64,000 bases of DNA from an uncultured Acidimicrobiia bacterium (GTDB lineage Bacteria; Acidobacteriota; Terriglobia; Versatilivoradales; Versatilivoraceae), in the NCBI GenBank assembly GCA_963786955.1, contig CAWBAT010000005.1:800001-864000 (forward strand). Direction: 5' to 3'. Positions 21,686 to 33,326 of this stretch are shown one piece after another. The notes beneath the pieces were generated by a model that was not told the DNA's origin, did not search any database, and saw only the letters and a list, made by a program, of their open reading frames with translations. Numbering within the stretch: position 1 is the stretch's first letter; each line of letters opens with the position of its first letter. The position numbers and the translations under genes are program-made.

Positions 21686-21781
21686 ATGCAGATTTCTAGA
21701 GTTCAGCAACTCGGGATCTCTCTTCTGACGACCCTTATCTTTATCTTCCTGCTTCTGCGCTACCTCTTGGCTCCACAATGA
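21686..21781 (+). CDS. Putative 31-aa hydrophobic small protein upstream of miaA
   Basis: Reads MQISRVQQLGISLLTTLIFIFLLLRYLLAPQ*; its stop overlaps the miaA start as ATGA. Confidence 0.55.
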   Translation: MQISRVQQLGISLLTTLIFIFLLLRYLLAPQ

Positions 21782-22803
21782 GTTTCCCCCTGATTGCTGT
21801 GGTTGGTCCAACCGGAAGCGGGAAGTCCAATCTGGCATTGGAACTGGCCAAGCGCTTCTGCGGAGAAATTGTCAGTTGCGATTCCATGCAGATCTATAAG
21901 GATTTCAATATCGGCACGGCCAAACTCACGGGAACTCAACAACAGCAAATCCCCCATCACCTCATTGATCTCGTTGAACCAGACCATTTGTTCACAGCCG
22001 GGGATTATGGGCGGCTCGGACGAAAGGTCCTTGAAGATATCATTCGCCGAAACCGACTCCCCATTGTTGCGGGAGGAACCGGGCTCTATTTGAAAGCTTT
22101 GCTGGAAGGACTTTTCGAGGGACCGCAACGTTCAGAGAAATTGAGAGAAAGATTCCACAATTTGGCCGCTCTCAAAGGCCCGGCACACCTTCATCGTCTC
22201 CTCCAGAAAGTAGACCCTACGTCCGCGTTGCGAATTTCTCCGCATGACCAACCCAAACTCATTCGGGCCATCGAAGTTTTTTTCTTAACCGCCAGACCCC
22301 TTTCCCAGCATTTCCGTGGAGGCAGAGATCCATTAAAAGGATTCACAATTCTAAAAATCGGCTTAAACCCTCCCCGTGAGCCGCTCTACCGGACAATTGA
22401 TCTCAGAGTGGAGTCTATGTTTCATGTGGGCCTCATCCAAGAAGTTCAATCTCTTCTCGCAACAGGGTATTCCTGCGAACTGAAACCCTTCCAGTCTCTG
22501 GGATACATACAGACGGTTGCTCACCTGCGGGGAGAATTAAGTGTGGAAGAGGCCATCTCTTCCACTCAAAGAGAAACCCGCCGTTACGCGAAACGACAAT
22601 TGACATGGTTTCGAAAAGAAAAAGAAGTCCTATGGTTTAATGGTTTTGGTTCTGATACAACATTAGTGTCGTCCGTCTTTCGCGAAGTTGAGGACTTCTT
22701 CAAAACGACAATTCAGCAAGATGAAAGACCGCACCCTTTCCGGTTGTTCGAAAGGAATCGAACCGAAAAAGACGGTCATGAGATTGAAGTGAACGGGAAA
22801 TAA
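21778..22803 (+). CDS. miaA: tRNA dimethylallyltransferase
   Basis: GPTGSGKS, DSMQIY, IGTAK, PHHLID, GGTGLY and TRRYAKRQLTWF motifs. Confidence 0.97.
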   Translation: MSFPLIAVVGPTGSGKSNLALELAKRFCGEIVSCDSMQIYKDFNIGTAKLTGTQQQQIPHHLIDLVEPDHLFTAGDYGRLGRKVLEDIIRRNRLPIVAGGTGLYLKALLEGLFEGPQRSEKLRERFHNLAALKGPAHLHRLLQKVDPTSALRISPHDQPKLIRAIEVFFLTARPLSQHFRGGRDPLKGFTILKIGLNPPREPLYRTIDLRVESMFHVGLIQEVQSLLATGYSCELKPFQSLGYIQTVAHLRGELSVEEAISSTQRETRRYAKRQLTWFRKEKEVLWFNGFGSDTTLVSSVFREVEDFFKTTIQQDERPHPFRLFERNRTEKDGHEIEVNGK

Positions 22804-22827
22804 GGTGTCATGCCTTGAAAGGATACT

Positions 22828-23076
22828 ATGGAAAAACAAATTCAAAACATTCAGGACGTATTTTTGAACAATGTAAGAAAAGACAAGGCACAGACGACAG
22901 TTTATCTGATGACGGGGGTAACGTTGACTGGCAAAATCAAAAGCTTCGATAAGTACTCCGTTATCCTGGAATCGAATAACCAGGACCAGCTCATTTTCAA
23001 GCATGCTATTTGCAGTGTTGCGGCCGGGAAACTGGTTCCAGGAGAGTCTGGAGCAACAACCCCGACGAAACCATAA
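22828..23076 (+). CDS. hfq: RNA chaperone Hfq
   Basis: [13 protein letters not shown] and LIFKHAI motifs; miaA-hfq-hflX order. Confidence 0.96.
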   Translation: MEKQIQNIQDVFLNNVRKDKAQTTVYLMTGVTLTGKIKSFDKYSVILESNNQDQLIFKHAICSVAAGKLVPGESGATTPTKP

Positions 23077-23093
23077 TCCCCATCAGGTCCCCA

Positions 23094-24371
23094 ATGACAT
23101 CGAATCGATTGAAGAAGGAAAAGACTCTACTCTTTGGGTGTCCATTGAAGTCATCCCGTCATGGTTCTTCCCCAAACCACTATGCATTCACTCCGGAAGA
23201 GTCGCTGGAGGAACTGGGGTCTCTCGTTGTTTCTGCCGGGGGGGAAGTTTTGGATCAATTCATTCAGGAACGCGCCCATTACGATTCCGCGACCTTGATC
23301 GGCAAGGGGAAAGTCCAGGAACTTGCAGACAAGATACAACAGTTGAAAGCCGATCTAGTCGTCTTTGATGAGGCTCTTTCTCCTGCCCAACAAAGAAACA
23401 TTGAGCAACGCATTGCATGTCGAGTAATCGATCGGACACAACTTATTCTCGATATTTTTGCCCATCGTGCCAGAACGCGAGAAGGTAAACTACAGGTTGA
23501 ACTGGCCCAGCTGAACTATCTCTTGCCACGACTTTCAGGAAAGGGAATTGAACTCTCCCGATTGGGTGGCGGAATCGGAACCCGCGGACCCGGAGAAACC
23601 AAATTGGAAACCGACATTCGGAAGATCCGTCGTCGGATCCACACCATTAAACTAGAGTTGGAGCACGTTCGAAGTCACCGCGCTTTGCACCGCGGATTGC
23701 GGGGTTCGATCCCAATGGCCACAATTTCCCTGGTTGGTTATACCAATGCGGGGAAATCAACCCTTTTCAATTTATTAACACGCGCAGGGACATTTGCCTC
23801 TGACCAATTATTTGCAACTTTAGATCCACTCTTACGCCGGCTCAAGCTGCCCTCTAAACGCCAAGCTGTACTCTCGGATACCGTTGGATTCATCAACAAA
23901 CTTCCTACCGATCTCGTGTCGGCATTTCGCGCTACCCTCGAGGAAATTGGCCAAGCAGCGCTGCTCCTTCATATCATTGACGTATCGAATCCCCGTTGGC
24001 AGCAACAACGCGATTCCGTGCTTCAGGTTCTCGACAACCTGGGTTACGCCTCCAAGCCAATCCTGGATGTTCACAATAAAGTAGACTTGATTGACTCCGT
24101 TTCAGTTCCGGATACCCTCCACGAATATGTTCCCATCTCTGCGGCACAAGGTTCGGGGATTCCTCTTCTCTTAAAGAAAATAGATGAACTGCTGCAGCAG
24201 GACCCTCTCATCCGGGCGAGGTTTATCTTCGACCATCAAAATATCAGTTACTTGTCCCAACTGCATGCCAGCAGTCGCTTGATCAGCGAAGCCTACACTG
24301 AGGAGGGGGTCTGCGTGGAAGTTGAAGCACCTTCCTCCCTCGTCCAAAAACTCAGGCAGTTCCAGGCATAA
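23094..24371 (+). CDS. hflX: Ribosome-splitting GTPase HflX
   Basis: GGGIGTRGPGETKLE, GYTNAGKST, LFATLD, DTVGF and NKVD motifs. Confidence 0.96.
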   Translation: MTSNRLKKEKTLLFGCPLKSSRHGSSPNHYAFTPEESLEELGSLVVSAGGEVLDQFIQERAHYDSATLIGKGKVQELADKIQQLKADLVVFDEALSPAQQRNIEQRIACRVIDRTQLILDIFAHRARTREGKLQVELAQLNYLLPRLSGKGIELSRLGGGIGTRGPGETKLETDIRKIRRRIHTIKLELEHVRSHRALHRGLRGSIPMATISLVGYTNAGKSTLFNLLTRAGTFASDQLFATLDPLLRRLKLPSKRQAVLSDTVGFINKLPTDLVSAFRATLEEIGQAALLLHIIDVSNPRWQQQRDSVLQVLDNLGYASKPILDVHNKVDLIDSVSVPDTLHEYVPISAAQGSGIPLLLKKIDELLQQDPLIRARFIFDHQNISYLSQLHASSRLISEAYTEEGVCVEVEAPSSLVQKLRQFQA

Positions 24372-24524
24372 AGAATGTAACCCTTTTTCTTGTTTGTACG
24401 GTGATCACCCTTCCGGCTCTCGCCCCCCTCTGCGACAAAGGGGACTGGCGCTGGACTTAGGACTAGCAAAGAAGCGAGCGGATCGGATGTGGGAAAAGTC
24501 CCCGTCATCAGCGAGAGCCCAGTG

Positions 24525-25257
24525 TTACGACAGATTCTTTCGAATCCAATCGTTCGCGTACTTGTAGTCGGGAAATTCTTTTTCTCGAATCTTAAATTCT
24601 CTGGAATGCCGGATTCGGCAATCGAAATTTGCAGAATCAGCGGAGGTGGCATGGAGCATTTCGTGGTAAAGCACATAGGAAACAATCGCTTCAGGCACTC
24701 GCGGTTCATCAAAGACACGGCTAATGGTTATGGAATGGTGGGAGGGGTCAAAGTGCCCGAGTATGCGCCGGCTTTTTTTCAGACTCCAGCCCAGCTTAAT
24801 CTCTTTAAGTTTCCCTTCAAAGTATTGATGATTCAGCTGGGTGAAGAGGGTTAAGCAGGTCGAAATGTGTCCCCCTCGGACCAGAATGAAGTTTCCGTCC
24901 CCGCTCCCTTCGGTTGGTCTGGGATTTCTGTTTCATTTCAAACGAATTTGAAAAGGCGAGGTACTTTTGGGAAGCGGAGCGCGGAATCCGGCGACGATAA
25001 AGTTTGAATAGAAGGATGACGGCCAGTGCTTCAATCACATCCCCAGGAGCATGTTCGAACAAGTCGCTGAGTCGCACTAAAAGATAGCCATTCCGGAGCC
25101 GAATCGTGTGATTGATCCCCACAAAAGGATAGATCTCGATGTGAATCGAAGGCTGCGAATCGAGGTGTGTGAGTTGCTCCAGAACATCCTCAAATGCTCG
25201 ACGTGTCTGCTGAATAAATTCCAAACTACTTTCCTGAAACAAAGAACGTTGGGTCAT
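24525..25257 (-). CDS. SprT-like/M48-type zinc metallopeptidase, frameshifted
   Basis: N-terminal NHTIRLR fragment; the next frame reads LNREYF..LGHFD..ITISRVFD..YVLYHEMLH..RHSREF (HExxH). Confidence 0.8.
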
Positions 25258-25952
25258 GACTTAGTTCTTTCTTATCTTTCGCCTTCTTGGCATCTCTTAT
25301 CCTTTTGATTTCTAGCATGAGCTGATCCGTGGCTTTATCCAGATCTTCGGCTAATTCGTGTTGAGCTTGCACAATTTCCTCGGTTGTTTCCCGTTCCGCC
25401 TTGCTCCAGCTTTTGGTCTCCATTGCCTTGAACCACTGAATTTGCTTTCTGAAGGAATCCATCCAATTTATTTAAGGATTTTAAGTACTCCTTGGGGTCC
25501 AAAGGAATGCTTCTAGAGTTTTCAACATTCGTGCTCACTTCATCCACGCAATAAAGGTAGCCATTCAGGATTTCCTCCAATGTTTCAGGCGGCTCCTTTC
25601 TTTTTCCTTCTTTCGGGATGGAAGGACTGGATTTGGACTCGGCCGGCTTCTGGCTCGCCGACCTTCGAATTTGAGCCATCTTCTTTCACTTCTTCTTTAG
25701 CATCCGTTTTGCTCGGGGACCGCTAGGCGGACTTTTTCAAACCGCTTATTCAGAATTCCGTTAAAAACATTCATCCGAAAAGGCGGATCTTGAGCCTCCC
25801 GGAGTTGTTCAATTTCTTCCTCGGTCAGGTAATCATGCTTCTGAGAGGCCACGGTACTTTTCAATTGGGATAAGAAAGATGAGACAGACACACAGGAAGA
25901 GTGCCATTCTCAAAATCGTCGGCACCAGGCTGTATCCGGATCTCATAGCCAT
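25250..25952 (-). CDS. Exported hypothetical helical protein (DYLTEEEIEQLREAQ), frameshifted; ends approximate
   Basis: Signal-peptide-like start plus colinear fragments 25697-25891, 25335-25679 and 25226-25462. Confidence 0.55.
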
Positions 25953-25956
25953 ACGC

Positions 25957-26496
25957 CTAGTCATTTGAGTTTCATTTCGTGTGCCAAAATTTCCTTCCCC
26001 GAAGATCTTCACAAGCATGCTTTCCTGAGCCGCTCTGGCATCCTCAATTGTCCCATTTAATTTCTGAGCCTGTTCATAAGGGTAACTCGATCTCAGATCT
26101 TCCAGTGCCCGCAATTGTCTCCTCAAGGCAATCTCAAAATCCTTGAAACCCGCTGGATTTTTTTGAGCGTTCTTCCCTGACGATATGAGTATTTCTTGAG
26201 TTTGGTGGATGATCGCCCGGTAACGAGACAAAGATTGATCCGCTTCATGTGAAATTACTTTTCTTGGCTTGTTGAGCCGCGCCTCGCAACTGGAAGTCTG
26301 CCATCTGGATGAGTGTCTTAGCTTTACCAATCGGGTCCGTCGGTCGTCTTTGAGTTTTTCTCGAGTTTCAAGTAATTCTTATCAGAAATTTCCTCGGCGG
26401 AATGAAGCACGCAAACAAAACAAGCCAAGGTCAGAATCTGAAAAAGAAGAACTAGACGAGAATGTAATGGTTTGACTTATTCGGTGATGCAGGCAT
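25957..26496 (-). CDS. Exported hypothetical helical protein (GFKDFEIALR), frameshifted; ends approximate
   Basis: Hydrophobic N-terminal segment in a shifted frame plus ORF 25833-26330. Confidence 0.5.
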
Positions 26497-26520
26497 CTGA
26501 TCCAAGAAAGAAAATAAGCT

Positions 26521-27882
26521 TTAGCGTCTTCTTGATTTTTTTCAAAACTTTCAGCCTTTCCCTGGCTTGAAAGTTTTGGACGTCGCTCTTTCCTTGGTCC
26601 ATTCCAGAAATTTTTGATAATTGGACATGGCATCGGGAATATCCTTGAGATTGTCATAGGCAAGGCCAAGATGGAAGTAGGTTCCGGGAATTTCAGGTCG
26701 AGCTTCTTTGAATTTCGAGAGGGCAACAATGGCTTCCGGATATTGCTCTGAGCATCAAAACAGACCCTAAATTACTATAGCACTGGACGAAATCCGGCTT
26801 TAGTTGCAGTGTCGTCAAGAATGATCGCAATGCACACTCATAGTCCTTTTGGTGCCGACAAAGGGTTCCCTAAATGAAAATGCAGCTGGAGATTAGCCGA
26901 AGTTGCGGCCTCCTTCCTAAATATGATCATGGCTTTATCTAATCTGGCCAGATTTTTCGTAGACGGCAGCTAAGTCCAGCAGAGGTTCTGACGTCGATTC
27001 TTATTCGTTTGCTGCTTGATAGCCAATTGAAAGTAGTGAATGGCACCTGGCATATCTCCTTTTTTCACGAGGATTCTGGCCATCATCTCCTGTACCTCAG
27101 CCTCTTGAGGGTTCGCATCCGCCAAGGGTTTGAGGAGATTCACGCATTTCTCCATCTGATCTGTTTCAAAATAGATTTGGGCCAAATCAAGACCAATCGG
27201 ATGTTTTTTTCCCCACCCTCTTTTGCCATGGCTAAATGACTCTCTGCTTCTTTCCAATTCCGCTGCTTCAGGTAAATGGAGCCGAGTGCTTCATGAACGT
27301 CAAGCTGATCTTTTTCAGTCTTCGCTAAAGGCAGTGCCTGCAAAAGTGAGGTCAATGCATTGGCAAGATTGCCCCCAATTCTTGGGCTTTCCCTCCCAGA
27401 AAAATTGACTGGAAGTTCCCTTGATTAAGGATTTTCGCTGTCTGAAAGTGAGCGATCGCTCCCTCAAGATTCTTTTGGCCGAGCAGGATAATGCCCCAGT
27501 TCAACTCGGCTTCCCAGAGCTTAGGGTTGATTTGGAGAGCAGCTTGATAGGACTGAATCGCTTCACCGGTTTTTCCGAGACGGGTAAAAGCAAGGGCTAT
27601 GCCGAAATGAGCGCCATCGTTATCTGGTTGGTTTTCGAGTGAGACGACGGTACTCCTGCACAGCGTCCTGGAACTTCCCTTCATTGAGCAATTTTTGCGC
27701 CTTTTCGTAGTGTTCTGACGGATTCGGATCTCCTGAAGGCGGTTTCCCTGCAGAAGTTTTTCCGGGACTTTTTCCCTTACCCTCCCTTGTGGCTTGAGAC
27801 ATCGAGGAGAGAAGAGGGGGGAAGCAGTTGCAAAAGAAACCAAAAGGCAAGCAACGATGGTCTTGACGCGGTAACCATTCAT
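26521..27882 (-). CDS. Exported tetratricopeptide-repeat protein, frameshifted
   Basis: Signal peptide MNGYRVKTIVACLLVSFATA; TPR-like fragments AHFGIALAFTRLG..AIQSYQAALQINP, VHEALGSIY and AIHYFQLAI. Confidence 0.75.
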
Positions 27883-27899
27883 GGTAGTTGAAAATGATT

Positions 27900-30877
27900 T
27901 CATCCCCTTGGGATTGAGAGCAGCCTAGCCTGAAGAGTTGGTGACCGCGGGTGGATTCCCCTGGGTTGAAAGACACGTCTTTCAGATAGGAACCGGTATA
28001 GCTCCCAGCAGTCTGGGCAACTTCTTCAGGTGTTCCGCAGGCAACAAGCTTCCCTCCCTTGTCCCCCCCTTCAGGGCCAAGATCAATGATCCAGTCCGCA
28101 GTCTTGATCACATCCATGTTGTGCTCGATGACAAGCAGCGTCGCCCCGGTCCGAAGCAGCTTTCTAAAAGCGATCAGCAATTTGTGAATATCATCAAAAT
28201 GGAGCCCCGTGGTGGGCTCATCAAAAATATAGAGTGTACTTTGTTTGACCTGTTTCGCGAGAAAAGAGGCCAGTTTAACCCGCTGAGCTTCTCCTCCTGA
28301 GAGAGTAGAAGCGGGCTGCCCCAAACGAAGGTAGCCTAATCCTACTTCCTGCAGGAACTTGAGACGGTTGGTCAGCCTGGGAACGGCTGCGAAAAAGGCG
28401 ATTGCCTCTCTCACGGTCATTTGGAGCACATCATAGATGTTCTTACCCTTGTAGCGAACTTCCAAGATACCCGGCTTAAAACGCATTCCTTTGCATTCCT
28501 CGCAAACCAACTCCACATCAGCGAGGAACTGCATTTCCACGGTGACCGTGCCATCCCCCTCACATGCTTCACAACGTCCCCCCGGGATATTGAAGGAAAA
28601 ATGGCCAGCCGCAAACGACCGATTCTGAGCTTCTGTTGTCGAAGCAAAGAGATCGCGAATGGCATCATAGGCTTTTGTATAAGTCACGGGGTTTGAGCGA
28701 GGAGTTCTTCCGATAGGCGACTGGTCTACCAGCACAACATCCGAAATCCATTGGTCCCCTTCGATGGCGCGAAAATTTCCTTTTTCCGCAGACTCTCCGC
28801 GTCGTGCTTTCATTGCCGAGAAGATGACATCATGGACTAGGGTCGATTTACCTGAACCAGACACACCCGTGATGCACGTCATGACTCCAAGAGGAATCGC
28901 GACATCCAGGCTCTTGAGATTGTGTTGGGTGGCTCCATAGATCTTAAACCATCGTCCGTTTGTCGATAGGCGAGCTGCTGGCAGTGGAATTCTCAATTCG
29001 TTTTTGAGATATCTTCCGGTCAGTGAATGGGCAGAGGCAAGAAGTTCCTGATAGCTACCTGCAAAAACCACCTGCCCCCCTTGTTCACCAGCACCCGGTC
29101 CCAGGTCAAGGATGCGGTCGGCCGCCTTCATCATCTGTGCCTCGTGCTCAACAACCAGCACGGTATTTCCTGTATTTCGGAGATTCTTCAGGATATCGAT
29201 CAATCGGGAATTGTCTCTCGGATGGAGACCAATGGAAGGCTCATCCAGGACATATAACACACCCACCAGAGCGGATCCTAGTGAGGTTGCGAGCTGAATG
29301 CGTTGTGACTCTCCCCCCGACAAAGTAGACGCCAGCCGGTCGAGGCCCAAATATTCCAGGCCCACATCCAAGAGGAATTTCAAGCGCAATTGGATCTCTT
29401 CTAAGATTTTCTCCCCGACCGAAGACTCGTAAGGCGAAAGTTCCAAGGAACCAAAAAATGTATTTGCTTGCTCGACGGTCATCGCGGAGATTTCGGTGAT
29501 ATCCTTTTCGGCAATCTTGATCGCTCGAGCTTCAGGTCTCAGCCGCGACCCTTCACAATCCGAACACAACGTATAACCCCGGTAACGGCTCAAGAAAACG
29601 CGGATATAAAGTTTGTATTTCTTCGATTCCAATCGATCAAAGAACCGACGAATCCCGATGAATTGATCATCGCCTTTGTAGATGAGCTCCTTTTGGTCGG
29701 AAGAAAGGCTGCGGTAAGGAACATTCAATGGAATGGCCTGCCGCGTGGCAAAACGTTTGAAGTCTGCGCTCAAAGTCCGATAACGCGGCTTTGTCCATGG
29801 CTCAATGGCACCTTGTTGAAGACTCTTCTCGGGATCAGGGATCACCAGATTCATGTCGAAATCGACGGTATTGCCAAAGCCCTGACAACGCGGACAAGCC
29901 CCAAAAGGATTGTTGAAGGAAAATAGGCGAGGTTCTGGATTCGTATACTCAATGTGGCAGCGCTGACATTCAAATTTGTCACTGAAGGAAAAACGGGTGC
30001 CAACGTCCAGAGTCAGCTTCTGGCCTAGAGCCGATGGCCATTTCTCGGAAAGAATTGTATTCTGTTCCACCTCTCCAGGCTCAGGTAGGCTGACGATTTC
30101 GACGGTCACATGACCATCCCCTTCGCGACAACAGGTTTCTAAGGAATCCACAAGACGCTGCCGCATCCGGGAGTTGATTTCAAGTCGGTCGACCAAAACG
30201 AAGAGGTCTCGTGTAAAATCAAGGTCAAGAAGCGATTCCGGTGAAGATAAATCATGAATTCTCCGCTCCTGAAACAGACGGTGAAATCCCTCTCTCCTCA
30301 AATCCATCAGCACTTCACGAAGGGCGTCTTCAGCAAGGGCCGGTTTCTTTTTCCTGGTTTTAGTCTTGACCGCCAGATGGCGACTCTCTTTCGCCTTGCG
30401 ATAGGCAGAAAACGGAAAAAGAACATAAATTCGGGTCCCTGCTGGCAAGGAAAGAAGCCCCTGAGCGACGTCTCCCATTTCGTCTTTCTTAACTTCCTGA
30501 TGACATTGCAAACAAATTGTGCGCCCAACCCTCGCAAACAGGAGCCGAAGATAGTCATAGACTTCCGTCACCGTTGCCACGGTCGATCTGGGATTGCGTA
30601 CTGCATTCTTCTGACGAATGGCAATGGCCGGGGCGATTCCTTCGATCTCCTCCACATCCGGCTTTTCAATTCGTTCCAGGAATTGACGGGCGTAGGCCGA
30701 GAGGGATTCAATATAACGTCTTTGACCTTCTGCATAAATCGTGTCAAAAGCCAGGCTGGACTTGCCTGACCCGCTCACTCCAGTAATGACGGTCAAACTG
30801 TTATGCGGGATTTCGCAACTGATGTTCTTGAGGTTATGGACTTTGGCGCCCTTTACGATAAGAGATTCGCTACTCAT
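27900..30877 (-). CDS. uvrA: Excinuclease ABC subunit UvrA; 3' end approximate
   Basis: Two GVSGSGKS Walker A motifs, two LSGGE signatures, zinc fingers, FSFN and IGRTPRSNP. The ORF-track tail to 27620 is probably read-through caused by an indel. Confidence 0.95.
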
Positions 30878-31002
30878 TTCACTTCCGTTTCGGACTCGTC
30901 CTATAGAGATAGAAACTAAGCCGGTTTGAAATCTTTTATTATAGGAAACCTAAGAATCGGTTTCAAGGCTAGTCCGAAGCTGTAATATACTCAGAAATCG
31001 TC

Positions 31003-31737
31003 ATGAGCAACCCGCTAGACATAACCATCGTCATTCCAGCCTATAATGAAGCGGCTCGCCTTCCCGCAACCCTTAAGACTATTCGGGATTACTTCGAAAA
31101 GCAAACCTGGTCCGCAGAGGTGATCGTGGTCAACGACGGGTCAACCGATCAAACGGTAGGTGTTGTCGAAGAACTCTTAACAAAGTGGGAAAGTCTCAGG
31201 CTGGTCGATAACCACGGGAATTGCGGGAAAGGCTACAGCATTCGACACGGCACATTGCAAGCGAAAGGCAAGATCGTTTTGTTCAGCGACGCAGATCTTT
31301 CGGCCCCGGTGACTGAATTACCCAAGTTGGTGATGCCAATTCTTCGGGACGATTGTGACATCACTTTGGGATCGCGAGGAATCGATCGGTCCTTGATCGG
31401 TGTTCATCAATCCCGGTTTCGTGAGATTTCGGGAATGATCTTTAATCTTCTGGTCCAGATCACAATTGGGCTCCCTTACAAAGATACGCAATGTGGTTTT
31501 AAAGCTTTCAAGCGGGAAGCTTCCCTCCCGGTTTTTGAGCGGCAAACGATCATGGGTTTTGGGTTTGACCCTGAGCTTCTGTACATCGGAAGGAAGCGAG
31601 GGTTAAGGATACGGGAAATTCCGATTCGGTGGAATCATGTGGAAGGCACGACGGTCCATTTCCTGCAAGACTCTTTGAAGATGTTTCTGGACTTGATTTT
31701 GATCCGCTGGAATGATCTGAAAGGGAAATATGATTGA
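31003..31737 (+). CDS. Glycosyltransferase family 2 (dolichyl-phosphate glucosyltransferase-like)
   Basis: IPAYNEA, VNDGSTD, GKG, DAD, DTQCGFK and FDPELL motifs. Confidence 0.9.
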   Translation: MSNPLDITIVIPAYNEAARLPATLKTIRDYFEKQTWSAEVIVVNDGSTDQTVGVVEELLTKWESLRLVDNHGNCGKGYSIRHGTLQAKGKIVLFSDADLSAPVTELPKLVMPILRDDCDITLGSRGIDRSLIGVHQSRFREISGMIFNLLVQITIGLPYKDTQCGFKAFKREASLPVFERQTIMGFGFDPELLYIGRKRGLRIREIPIRWNHVEGTTVHFLQDSLKMFLDLILIRWNDLKGKYD

Positions 31738-31746
31738 GAGGCCATT

Positions 31747-32484
31747 ATGACGATGCTCGGAGTCAATATCGACCACATTGCGACGATCCGCGAGGCTCGA
31801 AAAACCAACGAGCCGGATCCGGTTGCCGCCGCGGTAATCGCCGAACTTGCCGGCGCCCAGGGGATCACGGTCCATTTGCGAAGTGACCGCCGGCACATTC
31901 AGGATCGTGACGTCGAATTACTCCGTGAAACGATTAAGACTCGTCTCAATCTCGAGATGGCCGCAACCGATGAGATGGTGGGAGTCGCTCTGGACGTGAA
32001 GCCGGATACCGCTACATTGGTTCCGGAATTCCCGGGCGAGATCACGACACAAGGAGGGTTGGATTGTGTCCGTCATTTCGAGCACCTCTATGACACTATC
32101 CGTAAATTAGAGGCTTCAGGCACCACCGTCAGCCTCTTTATCGACCCTGTAAAGATCCAGATCGAAGCAGCACAAAAACTGGGAGTCTCCCTCATTGAGA
32201 TCAACACAGCCCAATACTCAGAGGCATCCCTCTACATGACCTGCAGAACAGAGCCCGAAATCAACAAGACGCTCGAAGTGGTCCGATCTTCGGCTCAACT
32301 GGCCGATTCACTCGGGCTGCAAGTCCATGCCGGACACGGTTTGACCTATCGAAATGTTCAGGGAATTTCCCGGATAGCGGAGATCCGGGAGCTGAATATC
32401 GGGCACAATATCATCGCCCGCGCCGCTCTGGTCGGTCTCAGGCAAGCGGTGCGAGAAATGCTGGAATTGTTACAGGACGACTGA
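31747..32484 (+). CDS. pdxJ: Pyridoxine 5'-phosphate synthase
   Basis: [29 protein letters not shown] and ELNIGH motifs. Confidence 0.96.
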   Translation: MTMLGVNIDHIATIREARKTNEPDPVAAAVIAELAGAQGITVHLRSDRRHIQDRDVELLRETIKTRLNLEMAATDEMVGVALDVKPDTATLVPEFPGEITTQGGLDCVRHFEHLYDTIRKLEASGTTVSLFIDPVKIQIEAAQKLGVSLIEINTAQYSEASLYMTCRTEPEINKTLEVVRSSAQLADSLGLQVHAGHGLTYRNVQGISRIAEIRELNIGHNIIARAALVGLRQAVREMLELLQDD

Positions 32485-32632
32485 GGTCAGCTACCGGTGA
32501 ATTGACCAATTCACTGCCTCCGAGGAACGCTTCTTGGAGCATGCGATGAAAAGGGGGTGCCCTCGCTGGAGGTTGTAAGTTCCCCTCCTCTTATTGGTCA
32601 ACCGAGAAGGGGGATCGGTTACAATTAAGAGA

Positions 32633-33286
32633 TTAAGACTTCAGGCTGTTAATAAACTGATCAAAACTACCGGACCATTTGGAGACCGTTTTCTCCGGTC
32701 CAACCAGTTTAAAAAACCATGGGCCTTCCCCGGTTTCAATGACGGCTGCAAGCATTCGATACCCTGGCCGTGGGGAGGCATTGCCCATCATCGTGTTCGA
32801 GTAGGTGCCGCTGACATCGACTAAGGTGATTTTCTTCCCCGCAACTTCCCGGCTACTAGTTTTGGCCTTTTCTTTTGAGGAAGAACCGTCCGGCTGACTA
32901 ATCTGGCCGATCCATCGGTCGATGTTCGCTTCCACCGACCCGCCTTGCCCTTGTCCAAAATAAAAGGCGACGAGTTCCGCATCCTCGGAATCTCCTTCAG
33001 CCTTCGGCAGGCTAAATTGTGCCTTTCGCATGTTTGACGTGGGAGTCTGCTCGACCCAGCCGGCGGGGACGACAGCCTTGAATGGACCGATGGACTTCTC
33101 TCCTCCAGCCGCAGAGTGAGAAGAAACGATGGGCGAACTCGGAGCCGATGAGGCTTGTTCATTTTCTGACTGGGTCTCGGGTTCTTTAGAGCACCCCATA
33201 AAAACAAACGTTAATGATAAAAGCCAAAACACCAAAACAACCCACCCCGAAAATCTATAATATCTTCTTGCTGGTTTCGTATTCAT
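32633..33286 (-). CDS. Conserved hypothetical lipoprotein
   Basis: Lipobox-like FMGC; PAGW..MRKAQF, GGSVEANIDRW and WFFKLVGP motifs. Confidence 0.75.
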   Translation of the reverse strand: MNTKPARRYYRFSGWVVLVFWLLSLTFVFMGCSKEPETQSENEQASSAPSSPIVSSHSAAGGEKSIGPFKAVVPAGWVEQTPTSNMRKAQFSLPKAEGDSEDAELVAFYFGQGQGGSVEANIDRWIGQISQPDGSSSKEKAKTSSREVAGKKITLVDVSGTYSNTMMGNASPRPGYRMLAAVIETGEGPWFFKLVGPEKTVSKWSGSFDQFINSLKS

Positions 33287-33326
33287 GCCATGACTCCATT
33301 TCTGATTTTCCATGGGTTTTGTCGAT

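Noticed and set aside
27620-27960. Apparent UvrA-TPR fusion (1085 aa)
   Set aside because: The tail crosses the TPR gene's own signal-peptide start in an indel-rich zone, so a read-through artefact is more likely
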